A DNA stretch of 64,000 nucleotides from Eledone cirrhosa (GCA_964016885.1 OZ024740.1:89528001-89592000), one strand, 5' to 3'. Shown: positions 38,943 to 53,774, counted from the first letter of the stretch. Numbers and translations are program-made. Notes: generated by a model not told the origin, from the sequence alone.

Positions 38943-39741
38943 AAATAAGAAGTTGACGGACCCGGCGTATTTAACAATGCCAGGACTGGTTGCATTTCAG
39001 CGTACTCAATAGATAATGTAGAATACATTCGAAAGTATACAAATAGTTATTCGCTTCAACACAACACACGTAAACGGGTGTCTATATTAGTTCCCGGACT
39101 CGAGTTTCGGCCACACTCAATGCCGCAATAGGGTGCACTGCACACTCTGTCTGCACTTATTATGCAACGATGCATAATCGGCGCATGAGAGTTCATCAGC
39201 GGGTATCGCCTAATAAATAACCAATCGATCGACAGAGTTCAACCCTAGTCCATGTCGGCTATAACTATATGTGACGGCCGACGTAGTAAAGTGATTAACA
39301 ACTGGAATCTGATTCAACTCCGTCCCCGGATCGGCCACCGATTTACAAATTTACGTGGTGGCAGGCGATTAGAAAACAAATATTTCCGTTCCCGCCAAAA
39401 GCACTGGGCCAACCTGTCTCACACACACATTGATAAGATATTGAAAAGTCGGTTATTAGAAAAAAGCAATTCCGCATGTTTGCACAGTAGAATAGTAGCA
39501 TTCATCGGTAGTCTCCACGTCGCATGGCGATAGGATGGCGATGGTAACAGTGGTAGGGCCTAGAACCTTTAACGGACATTAAATGCCTCCATCCACTATA
39601 CAGCGATATAGAGTGGCGTGATGGTAGCGGCAGTCACGTACGTAAACCATTCTATCTCACAACTTAAACGATTCAATAGGCGAGTGAGAGAGGAAAAAAA
39701 TAATAGCGGGAATTAGAGCGAATATTAATCCGTTAATTTAT

Positions 39742-39841
<100 letters not shown>

Positions 39842-40151
39842 AGATAAATTAATGGAGACATAGAGCCTCTTAAATTTCTCTTAGTGTTGTCTGAAATGTA
39901 TAGCCTTACATACGCTGAGGAAACGGGGTTATTCCATTTCTGTCAACAACTTACTGGCGAAAAAGATTTCTTTGGATTTGTACGTGTGTTATATAGTTAT
40001 AGAGGTATTTATTTACGCTTTAATATATATTTTTAATTATCGTCTCTATAGTGTGCATTTCATAGGTTATAGATTCCATACACTGGTGTTTTTTTCCCTG
40101 TTTTATTGATAGCGCACTGTATATCTCTCTCTGCTCTGTTACCTTTTCAAC

Positions 40152-40215
<64 letters not shown>

Positions 40216-40320
40216 GTAATAATAATAAATTTGAAGACTAAAATCCAAAGAGGGCTCGATAAGGATAAATATATATTAAATATATAAGAACCGTAGAGCA
40301 AATATAAGTTATTTTAATAA
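40216..40320 (-). mobile_element. Solo 3' tail of family A PLE abutting (TA)n
   Basis: Reverse complement of about 19790-19881. Confidence 0.85.
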
Positions 40321-40951
40321 ATACATATACATAATTCCCTTTCAGAAACTAATTAGTTGGAGTGAAATTTTAGTAAGTAAGTAAATTTATATAATTTTCT
40401 TATTTTACGTCTTTCATATAATTGTTCTGCATCCCCTTGCATTGAACCACAAAGTTACTAAGACAAAACCTATATATTTGCTAGCATAGGTCTACATCTG
40501 TATATATATGTTGGTGGATATACTAATTCTTTATAATTTCTCCAAATTATTTTGTTGAGCAAAAATTTGCCAAAACTACTGCTATGCTTCATAGTAATAG
40601 CCAGGCTACTGTCTTATAAGAACCCCCACTCCTCACTGATTGACCTAGATGTCACGTGATTGATTCTTTTGAATTCGCCACCGACTAAGTAGGCAGTGAT
40701 TTTTTTCAATGTTCTGGAATTTAGTCCTCGCTTGCTTTTTTCCATCCACTGAATTATTTTTGTATAAGTTCCCTGTGTCCACGCATTGCCTGGGAACTTA
40801 GCTGTGAACAGATCTCCCTGATGACGAAAGGATATTTCTCCATGTTGTTCCAATCGGAAACCATGTTTATTCCCTTTCAGAAAGTAATTAGTTGGAGTGA
40901 AATTTTAGTAAGTAAATAAATTTTTATAATTTTCTTATTTTACGTCTTTCA

Positions 40952-41086
<135 letters not shown>

Positions 41087-41109
41087 ATATATATATATGT
41101 ATATATATA

Positions 41110-41180
41110 AGTGGTTACACAACAGTTAGTTCACCATACCGAGAACAATTGTTTGACATTAGCGGATTCTCACCTCGGAA
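41110..41180 (-). ncRNA. Degenerate copy of the 7165-7201 HHR with its 3' tail
   Basis: Shares GTTAGTTCA.CATACCGAGAACAATTGTTT; core decayed to GTGAGAA and CAAA. Confidence 0.65.
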
Positions 41181-42867
41181 CGGGCATGATTGTTTGACCA
41201 AATGCTTTGCTTAATTGTTTTATTCTTTCTCTTAGATTTCAGGTATTTTTGGAAAGCAAAACATTGGCCCCTAACATACTACTCTAGACACTGCAATATC
41301 ACTGTGGGCACTTGCAATGCAACCAAGGACCCTCTGGAACCCACTTGCCACTGGGCAACCTGGCAACCTGGCCAGTCCGTCCCATATATATATATATAAC
41401 TATTTTCGATTTTATACTAAAAGTCCTAGATTAATGTTAAAGCTAAGCAACACAATATACATAGTAAATCTAGTCGTAAATTAAATATCAGGAAATTATA
41501 CTAGCAGCATATTTAATCTAGATAAACACGAAACAATTTTGAATATCCCGAGATGATAAACACTAAATCATGAGCTTACTTTAAAATAACAAAATAGTAA
41601 ATAGAAATCTATGCGGAATATTAACTATTAATTGATAATATCATATGGCAAATATAGCTTAACTAGACGGGCAACTTATATTTAAGGTCTAAAGTTTAGA
41701 CCGTAAACGATTAAAATATTCATCTGACAACCATCATCATCTGTGACATTTAATCAGCGCGTACACATTTATGTTCACCTTTCAAGACAAAGTGATGAAT
41801 GACTGCAATGCTTACTCAGCGTAAGTTTAGAACGGGGTTACTAATCGCATTTAATTCAGCTTCCGACAATACGTCGTTTCTCCAACTACCATACCATTTC
41901 CACTATATAAGACTTCGTTCCCAATGGGAGTATATTATAAGGTTGATTCCGTTGATTCTTGATACATAGATGAAGAATGCTTTTAACACAATAAATTCAA
42001 TTGAATACATAAATAACATAATCAAATGATATACAGTATTAATGCTACTCATATCGTATCGATCATAACATTTGGTTATGGAACAGGTTGTATCCCATCA
42101 TTTTGGGGATACAATTTCACGTGAAACGAATCCAACTGATATATCTAGGCCCGTTTAAGCACTCTCCACAATAGATTTATTATCTCTTTTAATAATAATG
42201 TCTAAATAATTTACACCTTTTATATCCCATCCACTCTAACGTAATACTAGATATTCTAAGTACTACTCATCTACGTAGCCGGACTTTGGAGAGGAAATTT
42301 TGTCTATATTCCTATTAGTACACCGCCCATCTATTTCATCTTTGCTACACTTTTAATCCTACGTAATTCACCATCATTTAGAAATACGGATCTGCAAGAA
42401 GAATATGCTTGTGCGAACGAAGATTCCTTCCCAATATCCACACTTCAAGAATACCCGTACATCCAGATAAGCTATGACATCTGACATTAAGGTGATGGTT
42501 TCTTAAAGCAACGAACACTTCACGACTCTGTACTCATTTAATTACTAATTTAGTTAAGGAATAACAATAATGTGTGCATGTACAATCGCGGTATTTAGAG
42601 ATACAAACTGATAACAATTTTTAGAAATATTATTTCGTCGTTTGGCATATTGTATACGAATACATCTAGAAGCCTGTTTGTTTGAAAAGGTAATGTACGA
42701 GAAAACCTCAGAGCCTATACCATTTCATTCAGCGATTAAAATTTATCTTAAACTAATTCCGTATTTTTTTAATATCCTATTACACAGGAACTGTTGCACG
42801 TAAAGTTAATCTGAAATGCTGAAATACATACATAAGTCCAAACATACACACACCACACACACACACA

Positions 42868-42950
<83 letters not shown>

Positions 42951-42974
42951 GTATGTATACATATATATATATAT

Positions 42975-43157
42975 AATTGTTTATACTTTTAGCACAAGGC
43001 CAGCAATCATCTCAGTGCATTACTGGTACTTTATTTTATCGACCCCGTAAGAATAAAAGGCAAAGTTAACCTCGGGGGGATTTGAACTCAGAATGGCAAG
43101 GGCCGTAACTCTATGCGTCAAAGCATCGTGTCCGACTCTCTACCGATACTGCCAATC
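42975..43157 (-). mobile_element. SINE family 1
   Basis: Reverse-complement homology to 5107-5300. Confidence 0.88.
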
Positions 43158-43573
43158 AATGTAGGCTCGTGTGTTTGTGCGTGTATGTTTCTGTGGGATT
43201 GACTGCCCCTATAACAAATCTTTTGTTTACGATTTCATATTCGTAGTGCCTGGATATTATACGTGTGAACAAAATTTGAATTAAGCGTGACATTCGACAG
43301 TAGCAGACAGTTATTTCACATTTACATAAGGATTTGCATTACTGACGCCTGATATGTATAACAACAATATTCTGTAAAGGCATTCATGTAGATAATAAAA
43401 GGAATGCAGGTCTCACGCTATGCCTTTCTCTAAATATGAATATTTAGTGCATCAATTCGTATGTTATTGGCGCCGCATACAATTCGTATGTTATGCTGGG
43501 GGATTACACTTTGAAATTTATGGAAGAGACGTTGTGTGTATCTCTCTTTCTCAACATCTCTATGTATATCTCA

Positions 43574-43614
<41 letters not shown>

Positions 43615-43629
43615 ATATATATATTTCAC

Positions 43630-43882
43630 ATTGACCGACCAGCCTGTCGGGCGTCCATTCGGGGCCGCTGGTCACAGCACGTCGTGCTGCTTTAGGCATA
43701 AGCTAACGCCATCCCACTAGCTGGGCGGTAGGCCGGTACTCATTTCTACAGCTGAGTAAACTAGAGCAACGTGAATTAAAGTGTCTTGTTCAAGGAAACA
43801 ACACATCACCCGGTCCGAGAATTGAACTCACAACCCGTCGATTGCAAGCCCAATCCGCTCTAACCACTAATCCATGCGTCTT
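43630..43882 (-). mobile_element. tRNA-derived CORE-like SINE (family 2)
   Basis: A box TAGTGGTTAGAGC, B box GAGTTCAATTCT, CCTTGA.CAAGAC.CTT core; inverse of 47076-47325. Confidence 0.85.
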
Positions 43883-44251
43883 CACACACACACACACACA
43901 CTTATATATATATATATATGTTTCAAAACATACTTACTTGTCATGTATACTCGCTAAGAATGTAGCTTCTAATTTGAATGGAAGGAGATGGGTGATGTGT
44001 TGGTGTAATGGTAGCACAGTGGTCTGGATAACCAAAGATGTGGTGTCGACTCCCATGTACGTCAATACTCATCTCTTTCCATTTATCTGAGGGTTCTAAA
44101 TCCCATTATCAGGCTAAAATTGCTTTAGTCAAAAACACGGTGAAAGCTATTCTCTCTCTCTATATATATATATAACGGAGGAAATGTGGTAAGGAACCAG
44201 GTGGACCATAACGCACCAAAGTACTCAATACTTAGGGTAGTAGAATCGGTA

Positions 44252-44391
44252 ATAGGAACAAATAGGACCCCGACGGCTGAGCTCAAGCCGCTTCGACGGA
44301 TAATTCTGGACTAAAAAAAAAAAAAATTTTTTTTTAGTTCAGAATTAGCCGTCGAAACGGCTTGAGCTCAGCCCTCGAGGTCCTATTCGTT

Positions 44392-44396
<5 letters not shown>
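44252..44396. repeat. Imperfect palindrome of about 70-bp arms centred on An/Tn, each arm carrying the 3' half of an HHR
   Basis: Arm consensus GAAA-CGGC-TTGAGCTCA-GCCG-TC-GGGGT; about 6 mismatches between arms. Confidence 0.88.
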
Positions 44397-44424
<28 letters not shown>

Positions 44425-44428
<4 letters not shown>

Positions 44429-47050
44429 TCAGGTTATCAATAATGTAGTGATAATATATCGTTACGTTAGAGATGAACAGCGTACGTGCAGGTTTGCTCA
44501 ACGAGTATAAATTATATTCCGGAGAAAATGTAGAAAGGTGGAATATAAAATGAAAGTGCTTTTTTTAAAAAAGGAATTTATTAGGTATTGACATATGTTT
44601 CTGTAACAGACTGAATACCTATGTATCGCTGCTTGCGTAATCATATAATGTTAGCAAGTATTCGATAGCAAATGTATAATCAGTTGTCACTTCTTCAGAG
44701 ATTTTGGATAAATTGGATAAAATCAGAAAAATTGAAGAATTTATATTAGTAATAGAGGAAGAAACAGAGGGGATAGTATATGACAGATGGTAAATTAATT
44801 TACTGCTAAACAAGTATATAATGGGTTTCTAATGAGAATACCATGAGTAAATCAAAATAAGAATTTTGGGAGTGCCAATTTTAATCTCTACTTGACCAAC
44901 TGGACAGTGGACAGGGCTGGTCATTTGGTGCAGTAGTATTAATTATAAAGTGTCAATTGGGGAAGGGGGAGATTTCGATTGCTACTAAATAACATCAATG
45001 CTAGTAGCCAGCTGGTATATGCATTAGGGAATTGAATCAAGAAATCAAAAATCTCATTTTATCTATAGCAGTTTGTATTAAAAGGTAAATAATAGAAGAG
45101 TTGATAGAATTAAGACTAATAAAGAATGTTAATATCTATTTTGACAATCAAACAGGGATAGAGACAGGCGTTCAATCCTGGTAGTATTTATAATATGAAA
45201 ATGTAGATTTTAAGCGATGGTTACAGTATAACGATCGCTCTATTCTGTTATTTAATAAAATGTTTTTGGATTTCATAATACAAAATAATTCTACATTACA
45301 TAATTTACAAAATTCCTGTCCATGGGATTATGGGGGGGGGGGGGGGGGGCAGCCGCTATTATATCCCATTTTAGGTGAAATTGTTGGTTATTTTCACGCA
45401 GCTGCCAAGCCTTGTCTGCGAGTGTTGTTACATAACGCTGGTTTTCATGTTTTATCGAGTAACGATGTCTATAAAGGCGTGATTTGAAGGAGGTGGCTGT
45501 AGATCCCACATAGTACCACTTCTGTCTATCCGATTCGATAGTACATTTGTATACGATGTTGCGTTCAAGACACTGATTGTTCAACGGACACATTCCTGGT
45601 TGGACACAGTTGCAATTATAATTTTGCGTTGTTGTATTGCCATGGATGGGTTGATGAGGTTGCTTATGGAGGACAGGATGTTGTTTGTTGTTTTGTGATG
45701 TTATAGCTAATGTTTTACGTGTATTGTTATGTGTTGGAATGCGTTTATACAACCGTTTTGCGTTAAGCTTTGTTATATGTTGTTCAATATTAGGGGCGGT
45801 TGAATATGAAAGTCGAATAGTGTTAGGGTTTAAGATTTTATTATATTTATGTGATGTTGGAAAGTGTTTTTTAACTAATCGAAAGAATTTTGAGGGTAGA
45901 TTGGTTTTAATAGAGTTGTTACAGACCGGGTTGTACCAAATATACTCCTTAAATCGCCTTCTGTTTGGTGGTGTGCGACTATTATTGTGTCTATTGCGGT
46001 AGTGTATGTATGGTGGTGATTCTGTGCTATTTCTACTCCTATGGGATTTATTTTGGGTGTTTTGGTGATCTTTGACTATATACTCTATATTATCTAGGTG
46101 ACCGGCTTTCCTAAGTGCATCATCATAATATTCGGCATGTTCTTTGAAGGTTTGTTGGTTGGACGACAGGCGGGAGATTCTAAGAGAAACATTTCTAGGG
46201 ATGGATTTAATTATAGAGAGTGGATGGTTAGAACTCGTATTTACATATTTAAGGTTCTCATTTAGTTTATGGAACGGTTTAATCGCATCTGTATTGAGAT
46301 TGAAAGTAACATCAAGGAAATTGACCTCTTTGAGGTTATATTCAAATGTAATATTTAATCCTAGTTCCTTAAAAAGCTTTCTGATATTTTTACGCATCCT
46401 TTCTAAATTCTGGTTATTCATATGCTTAACTAATAGGAGCGCATCGTCACGGTAGATTCCACCGTGGAGATCCTTCAATTTTCCTTGTAATCTGTGGGTG
46501 ATATAAATTCCCACAAGATCTGTTACTTCCGCCGAATCATTAGAACCCATAGTGATATCAGAATTAGAAGGTCTATCTTTGCGAACCCAGTAGCTATCAT
46601 CGAATTTAACTATAGTTTTCCTCGCTTCCATAATAATTTTAATTTCAGCATCCGTAAGGTCGGAATTATCCTTAGCGAACGAAAGAGCTTCATGTAGAGT
46701 ATCAGGTGAAATTGAGGAATAATATTCATCAATATCAAACTGAATAAATTTTGATTTTTTTCTTATCAGTAATGTTATTAAACCATCTTATTGCTTCATG
46801 AGTGTTACCCCATAGTTTAATCTCTACTGTAACCTTAACTTGGGGGATAATTCTGTCTAGTATATATTTGCTAATTTTGCCTATATCAGATTTAGAGGGG
46901 CATATAAGTCTAATATTAGGGTTAGTATCGAAGTTTACCTTGTGGTCCTTCAGGTTGAAGGATGGTATAGCTGGTGTTAAGGGTTGCGTTCTATCGTCAA
47001 TACAAAGTTTTTTAACAATATCACATGCCGAGTTGTTGATGTTTTTAAGT
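44425..47050 (-). mobile_element. Naiad-like PLE (family C), 5'-truncated; 446-aa RT and GIY-YIG ORF at 45291-46631
   Basis: FNLKDHK, ITMGS.DSAE, GIYRDDAL, CNC..CPL..QC...IVYKC, YYVGST..FK.R...H; poly-C frameshift near 45340; HHR remnant 44582-44621. Confidence 0.92.
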
Positions 47051-47075
47051 GTATATATATATGTGTGTGTGTGTG

Positions 47076-47325
47076 AAGGCGCATGGTTTAGTGGTTAGAG
47101 CATTGGGCTTGCAATCGAAAGGTTGTGAGTTCAATTCTCGCACCGGGTGATGTGTTGTTTCCTTGAGCAAGACCCTTTAATTCATGTTGCTCCAGTTTAT
47201 TCAGCGGTAGAAATGAGTACCGGCCTGCACGCCTAGCCAGTGGGATGGCGTTATCTTATGCCAAAAGCAGCAGGACGTGCTGTGACCAGCGACGCCGAGT
47301 GGACGCGCGACACACTGGTCGGTCA
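47076..47325 (+). mobile_element. SINE family 2
   Basis: tRNA-like head with A and B boxes plus CORE-like segment. Confidence 0.85.
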
Positions 47326-47339
47326 ATATGATATATATA

Positions 47340-47387
<48 letters not shown>

Positions 47388-49920
47388 CAATAAGAGCAAC
47401 AACAACAACAACCACAGTGGTAATAATAGAAATAATATATGTACCAACATTAATGATAGACACAACAACAACAAAAACAAGATACATAATAAAAGTAACA
47501 ACCACAATGGTAGAAATAACAGTAACAACAACAATACATCTAACAATCACAGCAACAATACATCTAGCAATCATAACAATAATAATAATGCTAATGATAG
47601 GAACAACAACAACCACCATAATAACAATAATAGCAACACACACAACTACGATGGTAAATATAATGACAACCCTTAGAGAAACTATACTTCAACCCAGCTG
47701 ACAAAAGATATAACATTGGTAATATCTACCCTACGAGGTTACCCTTTAATAAAAGGGTTTGCATACCACCACAAATAGATGACGAGACAGAGGCACAGTT
47801 CACCATAGCTAGAAATAAGATTAGACAAATAGTAGACCGGTATACTAAGAGACAGCGCAGACCAGAGTTCCAACAACTTGGGAGGTAACCTGTAGAAGGC
47901 TTGCTTAGCCTCAAGCAGCGCACAAGGGATGGTGAGGTATTATGTCTACACACGGACAAGTCTGGTAGGATGTCAATAGACAGCATGCCGAACTACATCA
48001 AGGCTATGCAACCCCACATCACCAACACGAGCGAAATTACGCAGTAAATACCTGATGGGAGAGAGAAAATCCTCAACGCTCACATGAAGATGTGGACCGA
48101 CATCCTAAATCTAAGCAGACGCACTGCCAACAACTTCCAGTCGTCAATCATTGGCATACCACCCTTGTATAGGCTCCGCAAAGACCACAAAACAGTCGAC
48201 GACCCGACAACAGGACCACCAACAAGACCTGTATGCGGAGCAAATATAGCTAGCAACTACAGGATCTCCTACTTCCACTCAATGGTTATACGCCCCATAA
48301 TCAAGATGTCCCCAGTTGTATGTGAGAGTACAGAGGACCTCCTCTGCTGAATCACTGAGTGCAAGAAAAACATGAACCTATCCAACTTCATAATAGGCAG
48401 TATGTGTGTGGTATCACTGTACCGATCCATTAACATTGATTTTGCTGTGGAAAAATGTGTGGAGATGATCATTGGGAGTGAGGTGGAATTCTGCGACGTT
48501 CGACACAGACGAACTGGGCCTCCTACTTAGACTTACCTACGACAATGACTACCTAGACAGCCATGACCTTAGACGTTTCTGCCCCAGTAGACCCATAAGA
48601 AGTAGACCCCCACCATAACCTCAATGGTAAAAAGGACTCCCATGGGAAGGTGGATTGGGTGGACCGAAGCTATACGGACCCCCACCCCCCAAAACAGGTA
48701 AGAAAAATGGTCGCACATGCAATAGGGGCTAGTATCAAAACTACCTTAAAGGGCCACATATTCAAATTCAACAAGATCTACACCCAAAATGAGGGAGCAG
48801 CCATTGGCGTCAGCATAGCTGGTGACGTTGCCAGCCTTTTTATGGTATGGTGGGAAAGGAGACTCAAAGATCTCCTTGATGAGAGCTCCATAGACCTCAT
48901 CATGTACTCTCGTTACGTAGACAGCATCAATTTAGTAATAAGAACATCCCCACAAGAGAGCACTAACGAGTTTGATTTATAACGTAGCACAATGGAAAGC
49001 GTCCAGCAGATAGCTAATTCCATACACCAGATTATAACTATCGACTACCCTTCCAAACACACTAACAATAGACTACATGTATTAGACACGGAACTCTGGA
49101 TTAACACTATAGACGAGAGAGCCCAAATCCTCCACTCACACTATACTAAACCCATAATCTCCAAATACCTGATACTCAAAATCTCAGTAATGTCCAGAAG
49201 TGTTAAGTTTAATATTCTGATCCCAGACTTTGTACGAGTGATGAAGTTCGTGTGCCGCATGTGCGAACCAACAGAAATGGAAAGACACATCCAACACTTC
49301 ATCAACCGCATGCAGTTCTCTGGCTACAACCAAAGAGACAGCATCAGAGTATACGAAGGAGCCACGGAGAAGTATAAGACCCTCATAGAACTGGACATGA
49401 AAGGAATTTGACAATTATACAGGAGCAAATCATGGAATAGCTTAGATAGGACTCGACATAAGATAGGGAAAGCCACCTCATGGTACGACAACCAGAGATA
49501 CCAGAGTGTCATGTTTGTTGACGCTACCCCTGGATGGAAATTAGCTAACCAGTGTAGAAAGGCCCTGAGACGGACCCACTTAAAGATTAAGGTGGTAGAA
49601 AAGCCAGGAACCACCATAAAATCCATGGTCAGCAAAACCTACCCTTTTAAGAAAACCCACTGTACTAATAGGAAATGTATCATATGTAAAGTAAACCCTC
49701 GGATAAACTGTAAAACTCGAAACGTAGTCTATAGCATAAGATGTACAGAGGGTACTTGCATAAACATGACAACAACATACATAGGCGAGACAGTTCGTAG
49801 CATAGCTGAAAGGATAGACCAACACTGGGGGGAACTAAAAGGACGAAAAAACGGTTCACTACTATACGAACATGCCAGACAACAACATGACGGTACCATA
49901 CACAACATATAAATTATAAT

Positions 49921-50106
49921 TGTTTCTACTTTAGGCACAAGGCCAGCAATTACGCAGTGCATTACTGGTACTTTATTTTATCGCCCCTGTAAGGATGAAA
50001 GGCAAAGTAAACCTCGGCAGGATTTGAACTCGGACCGTAATGGGACGTAACTATGCTGGAAAGCATGGCGTCCGACTCTCTACCGATACTGCCAATACAC
50101 CACCTC
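49921..50106 (-). mobile_element. SINE family 1 with a 14-bp target-site duplication inside GIY-YIG
   Basis: ATATAAATTATAAT at 49907-49920 and 50110-50123. Confidence 0.9.
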
Positions 50107-50505
50107 TATATATAAATTATAATAATATCTAAACATAGAAATGACCCAGCAGATAGGCAAATCAGTGAGGTCAGCGAAATAGAACTTAGAGGGCCAAGGC
50201 TAAACAGAAAACAAATGAATGGAATAACAACAACACTGACCTAGGAGAAGTATAAATAAATAAGTAAATACATACACAAGCACAATAACAACAAACACAT
50301 ATAAAGACACACATGTAAACTAAGATAGAATACAATAACCAATACACAGTCACACAAACACGAACACACATCAAACAAAACACTATACACACACGCAAAC
50401 GCATGCGCAGAGAAGACAACAAAATAAACAAATAAATAAATAAATAAACAGACTAAATAAAGATGGTGTAAGCATACAATACAACGAGAAGAAACATAAC
50501 TGCAC

Positions 50506-50543
50506 CACTGACGATGTTGCAAATGTGCAACGAAAGAACTTTG
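50506..50543 (+). ncRNA. Minimal Type I HHR (family B2)
   Basis: CA-CTGACGA-T-GTTGCA aatg TGCAAC-GAA-AG aa CT-T-TG. Confidence 0.75.
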
Positions 50544-50761
50544 TTAGACTATATATATATGTGTTTGTGTCTATATTGTATATGTATTTTTGACCGTTGG
50601 TAAGTCAATGGTAACATTGAGTACCGAATACATTAAATTAGCCAATATAAAAGACAGAAGCGAAAACCAACCAAACAGTGAGTGTGTTCTATTATTAATT
50701 GTGGCAATATTATTACACAAATATGACCCTCCCCAAGTATAACAATATATATATATATATA

Positions 50762-51618
50762 TAATGTATAATAAACAATACAATATAATTACCTCATTAC
50801 CAGAGGTTTCCCGAATAAGACGAATACGAAAGAAACGTCCTCATTCGTTCGTCGGACGAGGCAATATAAAACATAGTGAAATATTTGGAAAGTCTCCTCA
50901 AGAAATGAAAAAAAAACATATATATATATAATAAAAGAAATGCAATAGACATATAAAATATATAAAAAAAATATAAGGAAATATAGTTAGGTGTGTGTAT
51001 ATGTATGTATATACACTCACAGATGTACACATGTATGTATGTACAAATGCGTGTGTATGGGGAAAAAGTGTGCGTAAATATATATATGAGGGCAAGTATA
51101 TTTGTGTATATGTAATCACAAATACAGATATAATATGAGTTGAAAATAAATTGATAATCTGGTTGACACGTATACAGAAAACAGGGTATTAGATACATTA
51201 TATGAATATGAAGGCACGCGTATAAACACACACACACGCGCGTTCACTTATATGCGGTAGAAAAAGAGGTAAGGGAGCGTAATAGTTAAAAGAAAGTGTC
51301 ATTCTCGATATATTTATAAAAATGGAACAATATATTAGAAAGAACAAATCTTTAAATGAAAGAGAAAGTAGTCAATTAACACTAGAGAAGAGAAAAGAAA
51401 AGAAATGAAAACAAACAAGGTACACGCGTACCTACACATATATCTCTAAGAAACATATATCTATAAAAAAAAATATATATATATACACGCAATACGTGCA
51501 GACAAAAGCGTATGCAAGTGTACATACACACACAGGATGCACATATATATATATATATACATACATATCGCCCCATGTATATCTAATCACACGTACGTAC
51601 GCGACTGGATACACATAC

Positions 51619-51714
<96 letters not shown>

Positions 51715-53774
51715 GCACACATACACATCCATACATGCAATACATATATACACACATACACACATACATATGTTCACGCACATCGACACGCTTACACGCA
51801 TATACATAAAAATAAGAATGTGAAAAAAACATAGATGTAAAAACACAGATATAAAAACACACATACATACACATATATATATGCACGCACGCAAGCGCAC
51901 ATACGAGGCGTTCGTGTACATATACAGAAAGTATACACACATAAAGACGCTCAAACACATAGATACAGGATGTAAAAACAGCCTTATGAATAAGTGAGTA
52001 CAAATATAAAAATATAAAATTGGCTGCGAAATAACAGAAAATATCTGGAGTGGAAAACGCAAGTCACAAGTATAATCAGGTAGTAAAGAAAATACGGAAG
52101 TAAAATGTGGAAAGTGAAGATATTAGGTAAGTGAATCGGAGAATAAAGAGGGTGGGGTGTTTACTGGTGGATGTGAAGTAAAAAAAAAATAAAAATAAAA
52201 TTAATAATAAGATTAAAAATGAAAGTAAATCAGAAAGAGTAGTCTTTAATGAGAATAATTTAAGTGAAGAATAAGAGCTTATGGAGGATAAGTATCTGAA
52301 AGTGTGTTAAGTTTATATGAGCTGGAAAGCAAGTGTGATTTCATGTGTGGGCAACTGGTGAACATTTCTATCTTTGAGTTTAGGCAGGTCTTTGGTGATT
52401 TAAGGATTTGCAAAATCCAATATTTTTCATTTATGTAGAGTGTGCATTTTCTTGTTTCTCTTGCATATTCTTTAGATTGGTTCAAAATTGTCCAATCCAA
52501 TTTATATTGGATACCTTGGTCTTTCAAATCCCATATTCTGCTAGCCAGAGCTGTTGTAAATCTTTTTTCTGGATGTCGAAAGGATGCGACATGTGAGTAA
52601 TAACGCGTTTTGAATTTGTCTTGCGTCATACCCACATATCGTTCACTGGTGGCTGGTTGGTTGTTGCTGATGGTTGTCACTTTAGCCGCATATACAATGG
52701 CTTTGGTGTTGCATTACCTTGTAATGGGCATTCACTTTTGATTCTACAGGAGCAATTTTGATGTTCTCTAGGTGTTTTTTGTTGATGATATAAGATTTAA
52801 TAGGGGGGCCGCAGGAGTAGCTAATTTTGGCACAGTTTCTATTAAATATATTATAGTATCTATGTGTTCTAGGGAAATGTTTATCTAAGAGCTCTAGGAA
52901 TGTTTTGCCTACATTAGTTTTAACTGCTAGAGAGTAGGGGTGTGTGAACCAGATTATTTTTCTTTTCCTGTTTTTATGTTTAATAGAGTTAGTATAGTTG
53001 GGTATGTATTTAATTGGTTCGCTAAATCCGCTAATTTGGAGGGCTTTATTATAGTAGGGGGATGCCTTCTTGAAAATATGCTCTGAGGAAGAGAGTGTGG
53101 AGATCCTACGGCTAATATTAGGGATAAGGTTTTTAAAAACTATAGGAGGATGGCAAGAGCCTTTATTTATATATTTTAAATTTTCATTAGGTTTATGGTA
53201 TGGTTTATAAGAAGCAGTTGGCAAATCTAGGTTTATATCTAGGAAATTAACATTGGAAAGGTTAGTGTCAATAGTAATTTTAAGATTAAAACTCGCAAAG
53301 GTTTTTATTAAGTCTTTCCTTAATCTATCTAAGTTATCGTCTATGGTGGTATGGGAAAGTATTAGACCATCGTCGCGATAAAGCCCAAAAATATGGTTAG
53401 GGAATTTTTCTTTAAATGTGTGTAGGAGTAATAGGCCGACTAAATCACAAACATAAGCACTATCAAAAGAGCCCATTGAGACATCGAATGGGCTCTCTGG
53501 GTTACATATTTTTTACCCAAGTGTCATTATCAATGAAGAGTAGAGTGTTTCTAGCGTGCAAAATGACATTCTTTTCAATATCAGAGATATTGGTAAACTT
53601 TCTAGCGAAATTTAAAGCTTTCGCTAAAGGAGTCTGAGTGATAGATGGGTAGAAATCTACAATGTCAAATTGGGTGAATCTAGAACGATTTTTGTCTTTA
53701 ATTTTATTAAACCAATGTACTACGGAAGAGCTATTTATCCATTGGAGTATTTTAAACTTACTTCTAATGTGTGT
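50762..53774 (-). mobile_element. Naiad-like PLE (family D), left arm of the inverted pair
   Basis: QFDIVDFYPSI, MGSFDSA, GLYRDDGL, YVGMT..FK.RY..H; HHR at 50792-50861. Confidence 0.93.

Larger units (their letters stand above)
47386..50745 (+). mobile_element. Neptune-like PLE (family B2): (ACA)-rich N-terminal part, RT, GIY-YIG, 3'UTR with HHR, tail ending in the ORF-start motif
   Basis: PPTRPVCGAN, GAAIGVSIAG, YSRYVD, C..C.IC...CK..NVVY.I.C, YIGET; ends ATGACCCTCCCCAAGTATAACAA then (TA)n. Confidence 0.9.

Noticed and set aside
38950-38990. Helitron-like terminal hairpin
   Set aside because: No CTRR terminus and no second copy in the window.
40818-40835. CTGATGACGAAA hammerhead-like string
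   Set aside because: No stem II and no matching stem I.
47076-47155. tRNA gene (also heads at about 5110, 37597 and 43990)
   Set aside because: Imperfect cloverleafs continuing into SINE bodies or too decayed to call.
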